This document shows positions 9,632 through 20,035 of a DNA stretch of 64,000 bases, piece by piece. Numbering within the stretch: position 1 is the stretch's first letter; every line of letters begins with the position of its first letter. Origin of the DNA: Lachnospiraceae bacterium. GTDB lineage: Bacteria; Bacillota; Clostridia; Lachnospirales; Lachnospiraceae. The notes beneath the pieces are model-generated. The model searched no databases. It had not been told where the DNA came from and worked only from the letters and a program-made list of their open reading frames with translations. Made by a program: the position numbers and the translations under genes. The stretch spans positions 5,154 through 69,153 of the forward strand of contig JALERT010000107.1 in assembly GCA_022764445.1 (NCBI GenBank), read 5' to 3'.

Positions 9632-10591
9632 TTACTTTCTTTTGGCGACTGATCCGGTGCTCTGTCTTATATTGGATTCTACAAATCTGTTATAACCAAG
9701 CCACTCCGTCGTAGGATTTGACTTCTCATAAATCTCTGTCATCGTTTCAAGTCTTGCATCAGCATTATCCGCAAAATTAAGCGCCATTGCTTCGGCTATT
9801 GCAGGCTTTTTAGGTGAACCGTACTCAAGTTCCCCATGGTGTGCAAGTATACAGTGTCTAAGCTCTGTTGCAAGTACAGGTGGGAATCCAGGTATTTCGC
9901 GGACTTTTGTGCCGATAAACTCGGCACCTATAAATATATGACCAAGCATCTGTCCGTCATCAGTATAATCATTTATAGGGAAATCCGACAGTTCATCTAC
10001 TTTTCCCACGTCATGGAAAATCGCTGCTGTTATCAGAAGGTCTCTGTCAAGAATAGGATAATTATCTGCAAAAAAAGAACACATCTTAGTAACTGCAAGT
10101 GTATGCTGTAAAAGACCACCTATAAAACCATGATGTACTGACTTAGCTGCAGAATGAACCTTAAATCTGGCTGCAAAATCCTTATCTTCTACAAATACCA
10201 TCTGTGCAAGCTTCTTAAGATGAGGTTCTTTAATAGTTCCGATAATGACTGTAAGTTCTTTATACATCTCATCTATATCATACTTTGTTGCTGGTATGTA
10301 CTCTGACTGGTCATACTCACACTCCTGTGCCTTACGAATCCTGCTTATATTGACCTGTCTGCTTCCCTGAAATGATGTAACCATGCCATCAACCATAATA
10401 AAGTCCATAGATTCAAACTCTTCTATACCATTATTAAGCTCCCAGACTTTACCATCTATCGTGCCTGTTTTATCCTGAAGCAGAACAGAATAATATGTCT
10501 TACCTGCTTTTGTCTTCATTACCTGCTTTGATTTACAAAGATAAATTCCAAAAAACTTATTTCCTTCTTTATATTCTTCAATATATGTCAT
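9632..10591 (-). CDS. yhaM: 3'-5' exoribonuclease YhaM family (OB fold + HD domain)
   Basis: LQDKTG.IDGKVW, AAKSVHH...GGLLQH, HDVGK, HHGELEYGSP. Confidence 0.9.
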   Translation of the reverse strand: MTYIEEYKEGNKFFGIYLCKSKQVMKTKAGKTYYSVLLQDKTGTIDGKVWELNNGIEEFESMDFIMVDGMVTSFQGSRQVNISRIRKAQECEYDQSEYIPATKYDIDEMYKELTVIIGTIKEPHLKKLAQMVFVEDKDFAARFKVHSAAKSVHHGFIGGLLQHTLAVTKMCSFFADNYPILDRDLLITAAIFHDVGKVDELSDFPINDYTDDGQMLGHIFIGAEFIGTKVREIPGFPPVLATELRHCILAHHGELEYGSPKKPAIAEAMALNFADNADARLETMTEIYEKSNPTTEWLGYNRFVESNIRQSTGSVAKRK

Positions 10592-10688
10592 AATTCTATG
10601 ACCGGATACTTAAGACTATTAAAGCCCTAAATACCCGGTCTCTCCTTTCTGTATCCCTAATTCACTTATTTAACTACAAACTCAGTAA

Positions 10689-11066
10689 TCATTGATTTTT
10701 ATTCTTACGCTGCAGTGCCATCTTTAAAGCGTTCACTATCTGTTCAGGCTTATATGGCTTAACTATGAAGTCTGACGCTCCGGCATTAATGGCATCAAGC
10801 ACTTTCTCCTGATATCCAAGAGAAGAACACATAACAATAACAGCATCTTTATCATATGCCTTTATCTTTTTTACTGCTTCTATGCCATCCATATTAGGCA
10901 TGCTAATATCCATAAACACGATATCCGGCGAATATATCTTATATTTATCTACCGCCTGAATACCATCCCCTGCTTCAATATACTCAAAATCATACTCAGA
11001 TTCATTTAATATCTTCTCTAATGACATGCGAATAAATGAAGCATCATCAACCAACATAATCTTCAT
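10689..11066 (-). CDS. Single-domain CheY-like response regulator
   Basis: VDDA, MDISMP, FIVKPY; 125 aa. Confidence 0.88.
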   Translation of the reverse strand: MKIMLVDDASFIRMSLEKILNESEYDFEYIEAGDGIQAVDKYKIYSPDIVFMDISMPNMDGIEAVKKIKAYDKDAVIVMCSSLGYQEKVLDAINAGASDFIVKPYKPEQIVNALKMALQRKNKNQ

Positions 11067-11244
11067 TATTATCCTCCTGTTTATCTCAAATCATTTTATT
11101 TATCATATAAATATCACGAATAATCTGTCCCTGAACAATGAGACAATTTTATTCAATAATATCATATTACTATATTATTCACAAGCACGATTTTCTTTTT
11201 ACAGCCTTCCATCTGCTCCATTCCTAAAGCCTGCCGGCTAGCTG

Positions 11245-11868
11245 TCAGTTATTTAATCTTACTTTAAGTTTATTAAGTGCTGTTTTTTCTATCCTCGAAA
11301 CATACGAACGTGAAATTCCATATTTGTCTGCAATCTCTCTCTGAGTCTTTTCATTATCACCATCAAGACCATAACGAAGTCTTATAATATCGTATTCTCG
11401 GTCTGTCAGCGTTTTTTTCATAACCATATCCAGCTTCTCAATATAGCCGTCCATAGTGATACGTTCCACAATATCTTCATCTTCATACTCGATTATATCT
11501 AAAAGATTTATTTCATTTCCCTCTTTATCAGAACCAATTGAATCATATAAATACATATCTTTTGAGGATTTTTTATCAGACCGCATCATCATAAGAAGCT
11601 CATTTTCTATACATCGTGCCGCATATGTTGCAAGTCTTATGTTCTTGCTATCATCAAAACTATCTATTCCTTTTATAAGACCTATCGTTCCTATAGATAT
11701 AAGATCATCCATATCTTTGTCTCCTGCATTATATTTTCTTGCAATATAGGCAACAAGCCTGAGATTTCTTATAATCAAACAGTCTCTTGCCTCACTGTCA
11801 CCTGCTTTACATCTGGTGATACAATCCCTTTCTTCTTTTGCACTCAAAGGTTCAGGAAAAGACTGCAA
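11245..11868 (-). CDS. sigK: Sporulation sigma factor K (no pro-sequence, uninterrupted)
   Basis: SFPEPLS..EE, NLRLVAYI, DLISIGTIGLIK, RLATYAARCIENE, TQREIA...ISRSYVSRIEK; TTG start with GAGGTG RBS. Confidence 0.9.
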   Translation of the reverse strand: MQSFPEPLSAKEERDCITRCKAGDSEARDCLIIRNLRLVAYIARKYNAGDKDMDDLISIGTIGLIKGIDSFDDSKNIRLATYAARCIENELLMMMRSDKKSSKDMYLYDSIGSDKEGNEINLLDIIEYEDEDIVERITMDGYIEKLDMVMKKTLTDREYDIIRLRYGLDGDNEKTQREIADKYGISRSYVSRIEKTALNKLKVRLNN

Positions 11869-11895
11869 AGGTCACACCTCTTTTTATTCTCTTTA

Positions 11896-11926
11896 TATCT
11901 TATGCAAATAATACGCTTTCTGTGCT
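11896..11926 (-). promoter_or_regulatory. sigma-K/sigma-E-type promoter of sigK
   Basis: Minus strand AGCACA-N16-CATAAGATA matches ACA-N16-CATAnnnTA. Confidence 0.5.
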
Positions 11927-12248
11927 TTTCCCATCTGTCATGAAATTATTTTTACCACCACTCATAGAATAATTATAGTTGCAGGTCACGCCTGCAACCA
12001 ATTATGCGCTTTATTCAATCACTATACATTTTTAATATTATATTGTTTATTTTGTACAATATTTTTTGTGATTTTTCTATACCCTGAGATAAATTAATTA
12101 AACTACAAATCTTGAAGTGACAACCTAATTATTATATAATTTATTGTACAAGTCACGTTAACCTGCGCATACAAAATTTGCACAATCGGTTATGTTACAA
12201 ATCAGTAATGTTCTCTCGGAGAACATAGTAATGGCAGGGAGGATTAAG

Positions 12249-14207
12249 ATGGAATCTTTAGTATTTACAAACGATAATTGTATTGGCTGTAACAAATGTA
12301 TCGGTGCCTGCAGCTGTATCGGTGCAAATGTTGCCCTAACCAAAAACGAACAAAATGTTATTTCGGTGGATGGAGAGAAATGTGTATCTTGCGGTGCATG
12401 TTTCGATGTATGTGAGCATGGAGCAAGAGAGTTTAGGGATGATACAGAACGCTTCTTCTCCGATTTAGCTAAAGGGGAGAAAATATCATTATTAATTGCA
12501 CCGGCATTTATGGCAAACTATCCTGAAAAGTACGAATCCATACTTGGTGGTCTTAAAAAGATGGGTGTTAATCATTTAATCAGTGTATCCTTCGGAGCGG
12601 ACATAACTACATGGGGATATCTGAATTATATTACGAAGTATGACTTTAAAGGCGGTATATCACAGCCTTGCCCGGCAATTGTAGACTACATTGAAAAATA
12701 TGTTCCTGAATTGCTTCCAAAACTTTTTCCTGTGCATAGTCCTATGATGTGTGCTGCCATATATGTTAAAAAGTATATGAAAATTACAGACAAGCTCGCA
12801 TTTATAAGCCCATGTATAGCTAAAAAGAAAGAAATTGATGATGATAATTGTAACCACTACATATCCTACAATGTAACATTTGACCACCTTATGAAATACG
12901 CACGTGAACATGGCATTTCCGGTCCTGCGTGTAAGGATGAAATAGAGTACGGACTTGGATCAATTTATCCTATGCCTGGTGGTCTTAAAGAAAATGTTTA
13001 CTGGTTCTATGGCGAAGATGCATATATACGTCAGATTGAAGGCGAAAAGCACGTATATGAATTTTTTAAAAACAACAAAGAACGTATATCACAGGACAAA
13101 ACACCTTATTTATTTATAGATGCACTTAACTGCTCCGGAGGATGCATCTATGGTACGGCTATAGAAGAAGAAAAAGCACATTCAGATGATAACCTGTATA
13201 ACATTATGAGCATAAAAGAGAGCTGCAAGAAAAACAGCAGAAGGGATGCCTGGTCAAGAAATCTCTCTCCTGCAAAACGTCTTAAAAATCTCAATAAACA
13301 GTTTGCTTCTCTTAAGCTTGATGATTTTATAAGAAAATATACTGACAAATCTTCTTCTGCAGGCTATAAGATGCCATCCAAACAGGAACTAAATGAAATT
13401 TATCTTGATATGGATAAGGATACGGAAGAATCACGTACAATAGACTGTTCCTGCTGTGGATATTCAACATGCGAGGAGATGGCGGTTGCAATCTTTAATG
13501 GATTTAATTATAAAAACAATTGTATCCACTATGTAAAAAATCAGGTCGAAAAAGAACGCATGCATGCTCTTAATCTTGCTGATAAGATTACGGAAGAAAA
13601 GAGTATCATTGAACAACAGCACAAGGCTATCCAATCAACAGTAGAAGAATTAAATATTGAATGTGAGGATTTAAATTCATCTATTAAGGAAATGACCAGT
13701 GGCAATACTGCAAATGCCAATGAAAGCACCGCTATTTCCACAGAAATGCTTTCAATTGATTCATTCTGCCACCAGCTTAATGATGCACTTAGTGGTATCA
13801 CATCATTACTTGATATACTGTCAGAAAATAATGATGAAGTTGTATCTATAGCATCACAAACCAATCTTCTTGCTCTTAATGCATCAATCGAAGCAGCAAG
13901 AGCAGGTGAAGCAGGACGAGGATTTGCAGTTGTAGCCAATGAGATTAACTCTCTAGCACAAAATTCTAAGGAGACAGCACAAAGCAGCAATGATGGTCAT
14001 AATAAAATAAATGCCGCCATAGCTAAACTGACAGATGAAACATCAACACTGCTTGATGTAGTTGCGAAAGTCAATGACAGAACACAGAATCTTGCAGCAT
14101 CTACTGAAGAGATTGCAGCATCAGTTGATTTACTTGCACAAACATCTGAGAATATCAAAACTAAACTTAATGATCTTATTGCTTCTCAAAGAGAAAGTTC
14201 TTTATAA
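12249..14207 (+). CDS. [FeFe]-hydrogenase-like domain fused to an MCP signalling domain (sensory group C type)
   Basis: N-terminal 2x[4Fe-4S] ferredoxin, H-cluster-like motifs SQPCP / SPCIAKKKE / [10 protein letters not shown]-x2-CG-x2-TC motif, MCP hairpin [30 protein letters not shown]; no TM helix. Start at MESLVF after GGAGG. Confidence 0.88.
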   Translation: MESLVFTNDNCIGCNKCIGACSCIGANVALTKNEQNVISVDGEKCVSCGACFDVCEHGAREFRDDTERFFSDLAKGEKISLLIAPAFMANYPEKYESILGGLKKMGVNHLISVSFGADITTWGYLNYITKYDFKGGISQPCPAIVDYIEKYVPELLPKLFPVHSPMMCAAIYVKKYMKITDKLAFISPCIAKKKEIDDDNCNHYISYNVTFDHLMKYAREHGISGPACKDEIEYGLGSIYPMPGGLKENVYWFYGEDAYIRQIEGEKHVYEFFKNNKERISQDKTPYLFIDALNCSGGCIYGTAIEEEKAHSDDNLYNIMSIKESCKKNSRRDAWSRNLSPAKRLKNLNKQFASLKLDDFIRKYTDKSSSAGYKMPSKQELNEIYLDMDKDTEESRTIDCSCCGYSTCEEMAVAIFNGFNYKNNCIHYVKNQVEKERMHALNLADKITEEKSIIEQQHKAIQSTVEELNIECEDLNSSIKEMTSGNTANANESTAISTEMLSIDSFCHQLNDALSGITSLLDILSENNDEVVSIASQTNLLALNASIEAARAGEAGRGFAVVANEINSLAQNSKETAQSSNDGHNKINAAIAKLTDETSTLLDVVAKVNDRTQNLAASTEEIAASVDLLAQTSENIKTKLNDLIASQRESSL

Positions 14208-14290
14208 CATTATATATGCCACTGTTATAAATCAATCTTATTTATATATGGCTAAACTAATACTTTTAAATTAAATCCTATTTATAACAT

Positions 14291-14337
14291 AAAAATGGAG
14301 CAGGTCTTTCATCTAAGATGAACCTGCTCCACTTTTT
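14291..14337. terminator. Bidirectional intrinsic terminator
   Basis: A-tract, TGGAGCAGGT...ACCTGCTCCA stem, T-tract; lies between convergent genes. Confidence 0.75.
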
Positions 14338-14472
14338 GTTCTATATATTATGAACTACTTTTGTATTAATTTTGATTATATTTACAGGGCATTTCCCTAT
14401 GACATCTGCTGACAGGTTTTATGAATGAAGGTAATGTTATGTGTAAACGGCAACTAATTATGATGATACAAT

Positions 14473-16809
14473 TTACATATCTACATAAAACTCTTTAGTA
14501 CGTACAACTTCTTCCGGAATATCAACTCCATCTTTCTCCCATACTTTGAATTTCAAATCATACTCTTTCTTCTTCTTACCACGTTCCCTTATAAATGCTG
14601 CCATAGCCTCTCTAAATAAAGGCTGCTCAGCCATTGATTCACGTACCGGTGCCCTGAAAGGACAGTATGTAGCCATAATAGCCCTGACAGGCTTACTAAG
14701 GCAGAGACCACCCTGTGCCTCATGCTTTATCCAATTCTCGTAATCTATTACAAATACTTCTCTAGTGTTATTCCTGCTCTTCTGTATCTGCATCTTAAGT
14801 TTTTCCTTTTTATCATCCGACAAATCTCTATTTTTACGGTAAAACTGTATAAAATCACTATATTCACTTGTAAGTGATTTTATCTGGATATTGTTCCATG
14901 ATGAGCCCTGCATAGTACGGCATAACTCCCATCTGAATCTTCCGAAAAGCTTAATCATAACTCCGTCTATATCCGAATCAATAAAATATGGCAGAAGGAA
15001 TCTTCCCTTTGAATTTCTCCTTCTTCCGCTTAACTCCTGCCACATAATTCCATTGCTTCCAAATGACGGGAATACAACTATATCAGGAAATATTTCTTCA
15101 ACAATGTACTCCTTCTGAAATTTATCTTCACCTTCTTGAAAAAGTCTCTCACGGTAAAAAGCAGAAAAGTCAATCTTAAGAAGTCTCTGAACTGCCGCAT
15201 TAATTCTATCCTTAGTGAGAATACATCTGTGAAGTGAACCTGTACAGCCTTCTGTATAAAGAAATGGTACAAATGAAGAAACCTGCCCTGTAAGAAGACG
15301 ATGATTTGTCTTAAACATATTGCTTATCTCGTAATCAAGCTTAGCCATCCTGTCGTTCATCATCTGCTTCTGCTGTTCTTCAGTGATTCTTCCAGTCTTA
15401 CGCATATCTCTGAGATTCTCCTCAAAGTCCAGATCAAATTCACTCTTGGAAGGTTCTTTTCTGCCAGTTATGATTTCAGTAAGCCACTCCTTCATATCAT
15501 AAACCTTACATGAACCTGTTCCAGAATCATATTCATCAAGCGATATGAGTTCTTCCAGTAAATCCTGACTTAAAAGCTTTTCACTTATAAATCCGTATCT
15601 AAGGAAAAGATCTATTATTAAAGGAGTCTCCTCTGATGAATTGTAATCCTTTAAAAATACGGCTTTATAAAGATCATAATATATCTTTAATATTCCACGT
15701 CTTATAGTTCTTGCATCATCTTCTGTTGATGACTTGTCCTTAAGTGCCATAAAATCATTAATATATTTATTAAAATCAATCGTTTTCTCATCATCAAGTT
15801 CAGAATATTCTAATATAAACGATAAAGAACCATTAAGTTCTTCTACACTTGTATGAGTTTCCTCTGTAAGTGCAAATGCTGTAATATCATCTTCTGCCGA
15901 ATTATCCGTTCCATTCAACAGATTATAATATGCATCTTCCATAAATTCATGATCTATCTCTAAATCAATTGCACATTTCTCATAGAGATAGTTCTCTGTG
16001 TTATTAACCTTATCAACTATATCATCAAATAAAGACATTACATCTCCGGTATTTTCCTGCATATGCTGCATAGTCATTGCAAGCTGCCATACTCCAATAT
16101 AAAGGCTGTGATCATCCTTTATAAGCGGCTTTGCCAAATCCTTAAGATAAGATGCACATTCTTCACATTGTGCGATAAGTTTATTTATAATCTCTACTTG
16201 TTCTTTTATGTGGTGAAGAGAAATCGTCATATTAAAGCCAAAGAATCCCTTTTGGACGTCTGATGGAATATCACAACAGCTAATGTAATAAGCAATCTTT
16301 TCTTTATCTGTTACCATATCGCTTGTATATTCATTAATTTCTGCAACATACTTAACAGATGATACTTTTACACCTGTATGACTTGCAATTTCAAGATATT
16401 TATCATGCGATTCCAAAAGAAAATTATACAGCTCAGAGGACATTTTTTTAAGTCCGTCGTATATCGACCACAATCCTCTTATATATTTGCTAAGAGTTGA
16501 TACCATAAGTACAGAATAATCTTTATTGATCTTAGCGATAGATCTCACCGTCTTAGAGAAATCCGATATAGCAAATGCAAATACAACAGCATTTGTATCA
16601 GCCTCATATGTAACCTGATGAATTTCAAGTGGAAGATCACAAAGGCCAAGAAAGTTGCCTGAGCCGACCACAAGATTTACACCTTCTGTATGAATCCGAA
16701 CTCTTCCCTTGATAACCAAACACAACGAAGAAATTTCCTCCCCCTGAACATATATCTCCGTTCCTTTAATAATCTGATTAATACTATTAATCTTCAGCTC
16801 TGCTTTCAC
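14473..16809 (-). CDS. Large protein with an N-terminal cyclic-nucleotide-binding (Crp-like) fold; remainder unknown
   Basis: KGTEIYVQGE...LVIKGRVRI...G.GNFLG pattern; long acidic, apparently helical remainder. Confidence 0.6.
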   Translation of the reverse strand: MKAELKINSINQIIKGTEIYVQGEEISSLCLVIKGRVRIHTEGVNLVVGSGNFLGLCDLPLEIHQVTYEADTNAVVFAFAISDFSKTVRSIAKINKDYSVLMVSTLSKYIRGLWSIYDGLKKMSSELYNFLLESHDKYLEIASHTGVKVSSVKYVAEINEYTSDMVTDKEKIAYYISCCDIPSDVQKGFFGFNMTISLHHIKEQVEIINKLIAQCEECASYLKDLAKPLIKDDHSLYIGVWQLAMTMQHMQENTGDVMSLFDDIVDKVNNTENYLYEKCAIDLEIDHEFMEDAYYNLLNGTDNSAEDDITAFALTEETHTSVEELNGSLSFILEYSELDDEKTIDFNKYINDFMALKDKSSTEDDARTIRRGILKIYYDLYKAVFLKDYNSSEETPLIIDLFLRYGFISEKLLSQDLLEELISLDEYDSGTGSCKVYDMKEWLTEIITGRKEPSKSEFDLDFEENLRDMRKTGRITEEQQKQMMNDRMAKLDYEISNMFKTNHRLLTGQVSSFVPFLYTEGCTGSLHRCILTKDRINAAVQRLLKIDFSAFYRERLFQEGEDKFQKEYIVEEIFPDIVVFPSFGSNGIMWQELSGRRRNSKGRFLLPYFIDSDIDGVMIKLFGRFRWELCRTMQGSSWNNIQIKSLTSEYSDFIQFYRKNRDLSDDKKEKLKMQIQKSRNNTREVFVIDYENWIKHEAQGGLCLSKPVRAIMATYCPFRAPVRESMAEQPLFREAMAAFIRERGKKKKEYDLKFKVWEKDGVDIPEEVVRTKEFYVDM

Positions 16810-16990
16810 TCATTTCCCTCCTCACAACCACATTTCTACAATTATACCAATTTTGGCATCAATTATAATAATTATACAGCTTTGAAGGCTATTGTGCAAC
16901 TGTAACTCTCGCCGTGACAATTATAGTCGTATGACATTTTTACTCTTTGAAATGTACTTTGATATAGTGAGATATATTGCAAAAAATAAA

Positions 16991-17012
16991 AAAGCTGATA
17001 AAATATCAGCTT
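16991..17012 (-). terminator. Terminator of SRP RNA
   Basis: AAGCTGATA...TATCAGCTT hairpin followed on the minus strand by a T tract. Confidence 0.7.
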
Positions 17013-17025
17013 CTAATTATATTAA

Positions 17026-17292
17026 TCCGTGCATCTTGCTTCGTAAATAACCCTCTGGACGTTACCTAAGCAGTTTGCTCAGTCCCGGCGACCTTGCGGC
17101 ACACGAAAGATCTCACTTAGTGCTGCTAGGTTCCCCTCCTGACACGGTTCATGAGTTTCCGTTGCGCAAGACCAAGACGTCAACGCCACTTACAAAGGGC
17201 AGCTCCAAAGAAATTAAATCCTCTACAAGACATCACCCCTGCTATAGCGGATTGCAGGTACAGGGCACCGCTATCTCCCCGGCTAGCACGGA
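17026..17292 (-). ncRNA. ffs: Large bacterial signal recognition particle RNA (with Alu domain)
   Basis: Minus strand TCCGTGCTAGCCGGGGAGATAGCGGTGCCCTGTACCTGCAATCCGCT..., domain IV GTGTCAGGAGGGGAACCTAGCAGCAC, closing GCACGGA; downstream of tadA as in other Firmicutes. Confidence 0.93.
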
Positions 17293-17388
17293 AGTCTTAG
17301 CTATTTAATTGAAAAAATTTCCTATAGTTATATCAACTCTCTGCATAGTCAATATATCATGTAATTATACTTATAGTTATTATAACTG

Positions 17389-17871
17389 TCAAGGATTTTT
17401 CTCTTTCTTTTTCTTTCTTAGCTCTTTAAAAAATTCCTTCATTATTGAACTGCATTCTTCTTCAAGAACACCTCTCTCAGTATCGACCTGATGATTGAAC
17501 TGCTTTATCTGGAACATATCAATTATACTTCCTGCACATCCTGCCTTCGGATTCATTGCACCTATAACCACCTTAGGTATACGTGCCTGAACAATAGCTC
17601 CTGCACACATTGGGCATGGTTCAAGGGTAACATACATCGTACATTCTTCAAGACGCCAGTCTCCGAGCTTCTTACTTGCTTTCTTTATAGCAATAATTTC
17701 AGCGTGGGCAAGTGTACTTGCATCTTTGTTTCTTCTGTTGTATCCTCTTGCAATTATTTTGTTCTCATGCACAATAACACAACCAATAGGTACTTCTTCT
17801 ATCATCGCTGCTTTCTTTGCCTGCCTCAATGCTTCTGCCATATATCGTTCATTATCATTACTGTATCTCAT
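17389..17871 (-). CDS. tadA: tRNA adenosine(34) deaminase
   Basis: EVPIGC, HAE, TLEPCPMCAGA. Confidence 0.95.
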   Translation of the reverse strand: MRYSNDNERYMAEALRQAKKAAMIEEVPIGCVIVHENKIIARGYNRRNKDASTLAHAEIIAIKKASKKLGDWRLEECTMYVTLEPCPMCAGAIVQARIPKVVIGAMNPKAGCAGSIIDMFQIKQFNHQVDTERGVLEEECSSIMKEFFKELRKKKKEKNP

Positions 17872-18057
17872 TTGCTCTCCAAGTCTTTACATTTTATCTT
17901 ATTTTATTTACAATTATAATATTATGATATCGGAATCGTACGTTACTATTCACACATATTGTGCGTACAGTAACAATCATACATATATAGTATTATACAC
18001 GAATTGGTATAATGATTCCACGTTTAAAATAAATTCATTTGTAACATGGAGGCAGCA

Positions 18058-18612
18058 ATGAACGTATCATACACAACAGACCGGCTGAACCTGATGATTT
18101 TACAACCATCACAGGCAGATATGATTCTCGATTTTTATGAAAGAAACCGTTCTTTCCTTGAACCATACGAGCCACTTAGAAATAGTAAGTTCTACACATA
18201 CAAATACCAGCATTCTAATGCAACATGCGAATACAATGCATTTTTTAAAAGGTCATATATGCGCTATTGGCTCTTTACAAAGGAAAACACATCTCTGCCT
18301 GTAGGAACAGTCTGCTTTAGCGATTTTAAAAGAGGGGCTTTCCGTAGCTGCATGGTGGGCTATAAACTTGATAAAGACAACTGTCATAAGGGTTATATGC
18401 ATGAAGCTCTGTCATTTCTTCTCCCTCTTGTCTGCAAAGATTACAGGATGCACCGAATAGAAGCCATGGTAATGCCTGACAATATTCCTTCAATCAAACT
18501 GCTTGAAAAACTTGGTTTTGAACAGGAGGGGTACCTTAGGTCCTTTGCACAGATAAATGGCAAATGGGAAGACCATTATTTATACACATACTTTGAGGCT
18601 TCACCCGATTAA
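18058..18612 (+). CDS. GNAT N-acetyltransferase, RimJ/RimL family
   Basis: VGYKLD...KGYM.EAL, HRIEA.VMPDN.PS..LLEKLGF..EG, INGKWEDH; ATG at 18058 after GGAGG. Confidence 0.85.
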   Translation: MNVSYTTDRLNLMILQPSQADMILDFYERNRSFLEPYEPLRNSKFYTYKYQHSNATCEYNAFFKRSYMRYWLFTKENTSLPVGTVCFSDFKRGAFRSCMVGYKLDKDNCHKGYMHEALSFLLPLVCKDYRMHRIEAMVMPDNIPSIKLLEKLGFEQEGYLRSFAQINGKWEDHYLYTYFEASPD

Positions 18613-18673
18613 TTTTCGCAATGGATGCAGTGAATGGAAGGTTTAGCTGTTACCAAAAGATACCGTCTGTTTA

Positions 18674-19771
18674 TCACAAAACCACCGACAGCCAGTAACC
18701 AAATGCACCCTGACATCTTTTTTCCGTACCGATTGCCTGAAATTCGTCAAAGCTGTATTCCCTCGCTGTTTTATCTGCTTTATCACTAAATACACCGGGA
18801 ACACCTATTGCATATCTTCCATCCTTTAACTTTACGAATATAAGATGTCTGTAACAGTAATATCCATGAAGAAGGAATCTGTTATTTGATATCGCCCATT
18901 TGTTTACAGGAAGGCATCCTATATCTTTTGGTTCTATTCTTACACTCTTAACAATCTTACCTGATACAAAAGGATACATCACAGGAAATGTACTAAGAAT
19001 CCTCTCTCCAAAATCATTATTTTTATCATTATAAGGACAATTATTACACATTGAGCATTTGTCACTTTTCTGTAATTCCTGCTCTTTTTCCTTAATCTCT
19101 GCGATTCTTAAATCTTTATCATTTTCCATCCTATTTAAATTTCCCTTTGGAAAATATCCAGATTTATCGTTTACTATATCAGTTTTCGTAGTTTCTTTTT
19201 CCGATATAATATCCTGTTTTGTCAAAATATTATTTTCCTCTAAATTATCTTTCAATTCTTTTTCTACTATATCAGAACCTTTTACTTCTGAAACATCTCC
19301 CGATTCATCCAAAATTTCATCCTGTTTTTTCACAATATCATTTTCTTTATATCCATCTCTATCTTCATGCTTGTTCACTTTGTTTACATACTCTGTCATT
19401 TCGCCTAAGTATATGCTGTCGTTAGTCCATGACGTTGCATAATATTCTCTACCTGATATAAATAAAATAACACCATCAATATCATCAAATGATTTACCGC
19501 TGTCACATACATTGTCACACTCCGTATCTATGCGCAGATAAAGATTACCTGAATGATATCCTATTTTGCCAGCTTTTATGTATTCTATCCCTGTAGACTG
19601 TTGCTTGAAAAGCCACACTTCCGGCATAACAGATAATTCTATCGTCCTCATCTGAAGTATCAGCCTTAAATTGCTGCCTCTCTCCTCTATCCTTACAAAG
19701 CCTATATTCTGACCCTTTTCACCTGCTATGTACTGATACATATACGAAATCATCCTTTTATACTGACTCAT
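18674..19771 (-). CDS. Conserved clostridial hypothetical protein (DUF6128-like N-terminus, acidic linker)
   Basis: YKRMISYMY.Y..GEKG.N.GFVRIE N-terminus; C-terminal NNRFLLHGYY.YRHL...GVPG...FGYW. Confidence 0.6.
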   Translation of the reverse strand: MSQYKRMISYMYQYIAGEKGQNIGFVRIEERGSNLRLILQMRTIELSVMPEVWLFKQQSTGIEYIKAGKIGYHSGNLYLRIDTECDNVCDSGKSFDDIDGVILFISGREYYATSWTNDSIYLGEMTEYVNKVNKHEDRDGYKENDIVKKQDEILDESGDVSEVKGSDIVEKELKDNLEENNILTKQDIISEKETTKTDIVNDKSGYFPKGNLNRMENDKDLRIAEIKEKEQELQKSDKCSMCNNCPYNDKNNDFGERILSTFPVMYPFVSGKIVKSVRIEPKDIGCLPVNKWAISNNRFLLHGYYCYRHLIFVKLKDGRYAIGVPGVFSDKADKTAREYSFDEFQAIGTEKRCQGAFGYWLSVVL

Positions 19772-20035
19772 ATTATCCCCCCGCTTATCCATATTCTATA
19801 AATTAATGCAAGGTTACATACAATCTGATTAACTGTTACAGTTTACACTTAACTATTAACTTTAACACACAAGTTTTCAAATCTATATGCACCCTCACGA
19901 AACATATATCCAATCTATATTCAGTTTTATATATTAAATAGAACTATTAATTGGAAATTTTTCTCCAATATGATATACTTTGTAATAGGAAATGCCTTAA
20001 GACATTTTTATTTATTAACCGGAGGTTTATTAATT

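Noticed and set aside
9103..9714. Long antisense ORFs (203 aa here; also 13541-13990, 26381-26902, 62709-63197)
   Set aside because: Shadows of well-supported genes on the opposite strand, with no recognisable motifs.
11960..12200. Riboswitch or Rex operator upstream of the hydrogenase-MCP gene
   Set aside because: Only a short hairpin (GTTGCAGG/CCTGCAAC) and TTGTACAA palindromes; no convincing match to a known consensus.
17075..17308. 77-aa plus-strand ORF
   Set aside because: Antisense to the SRP RNA.
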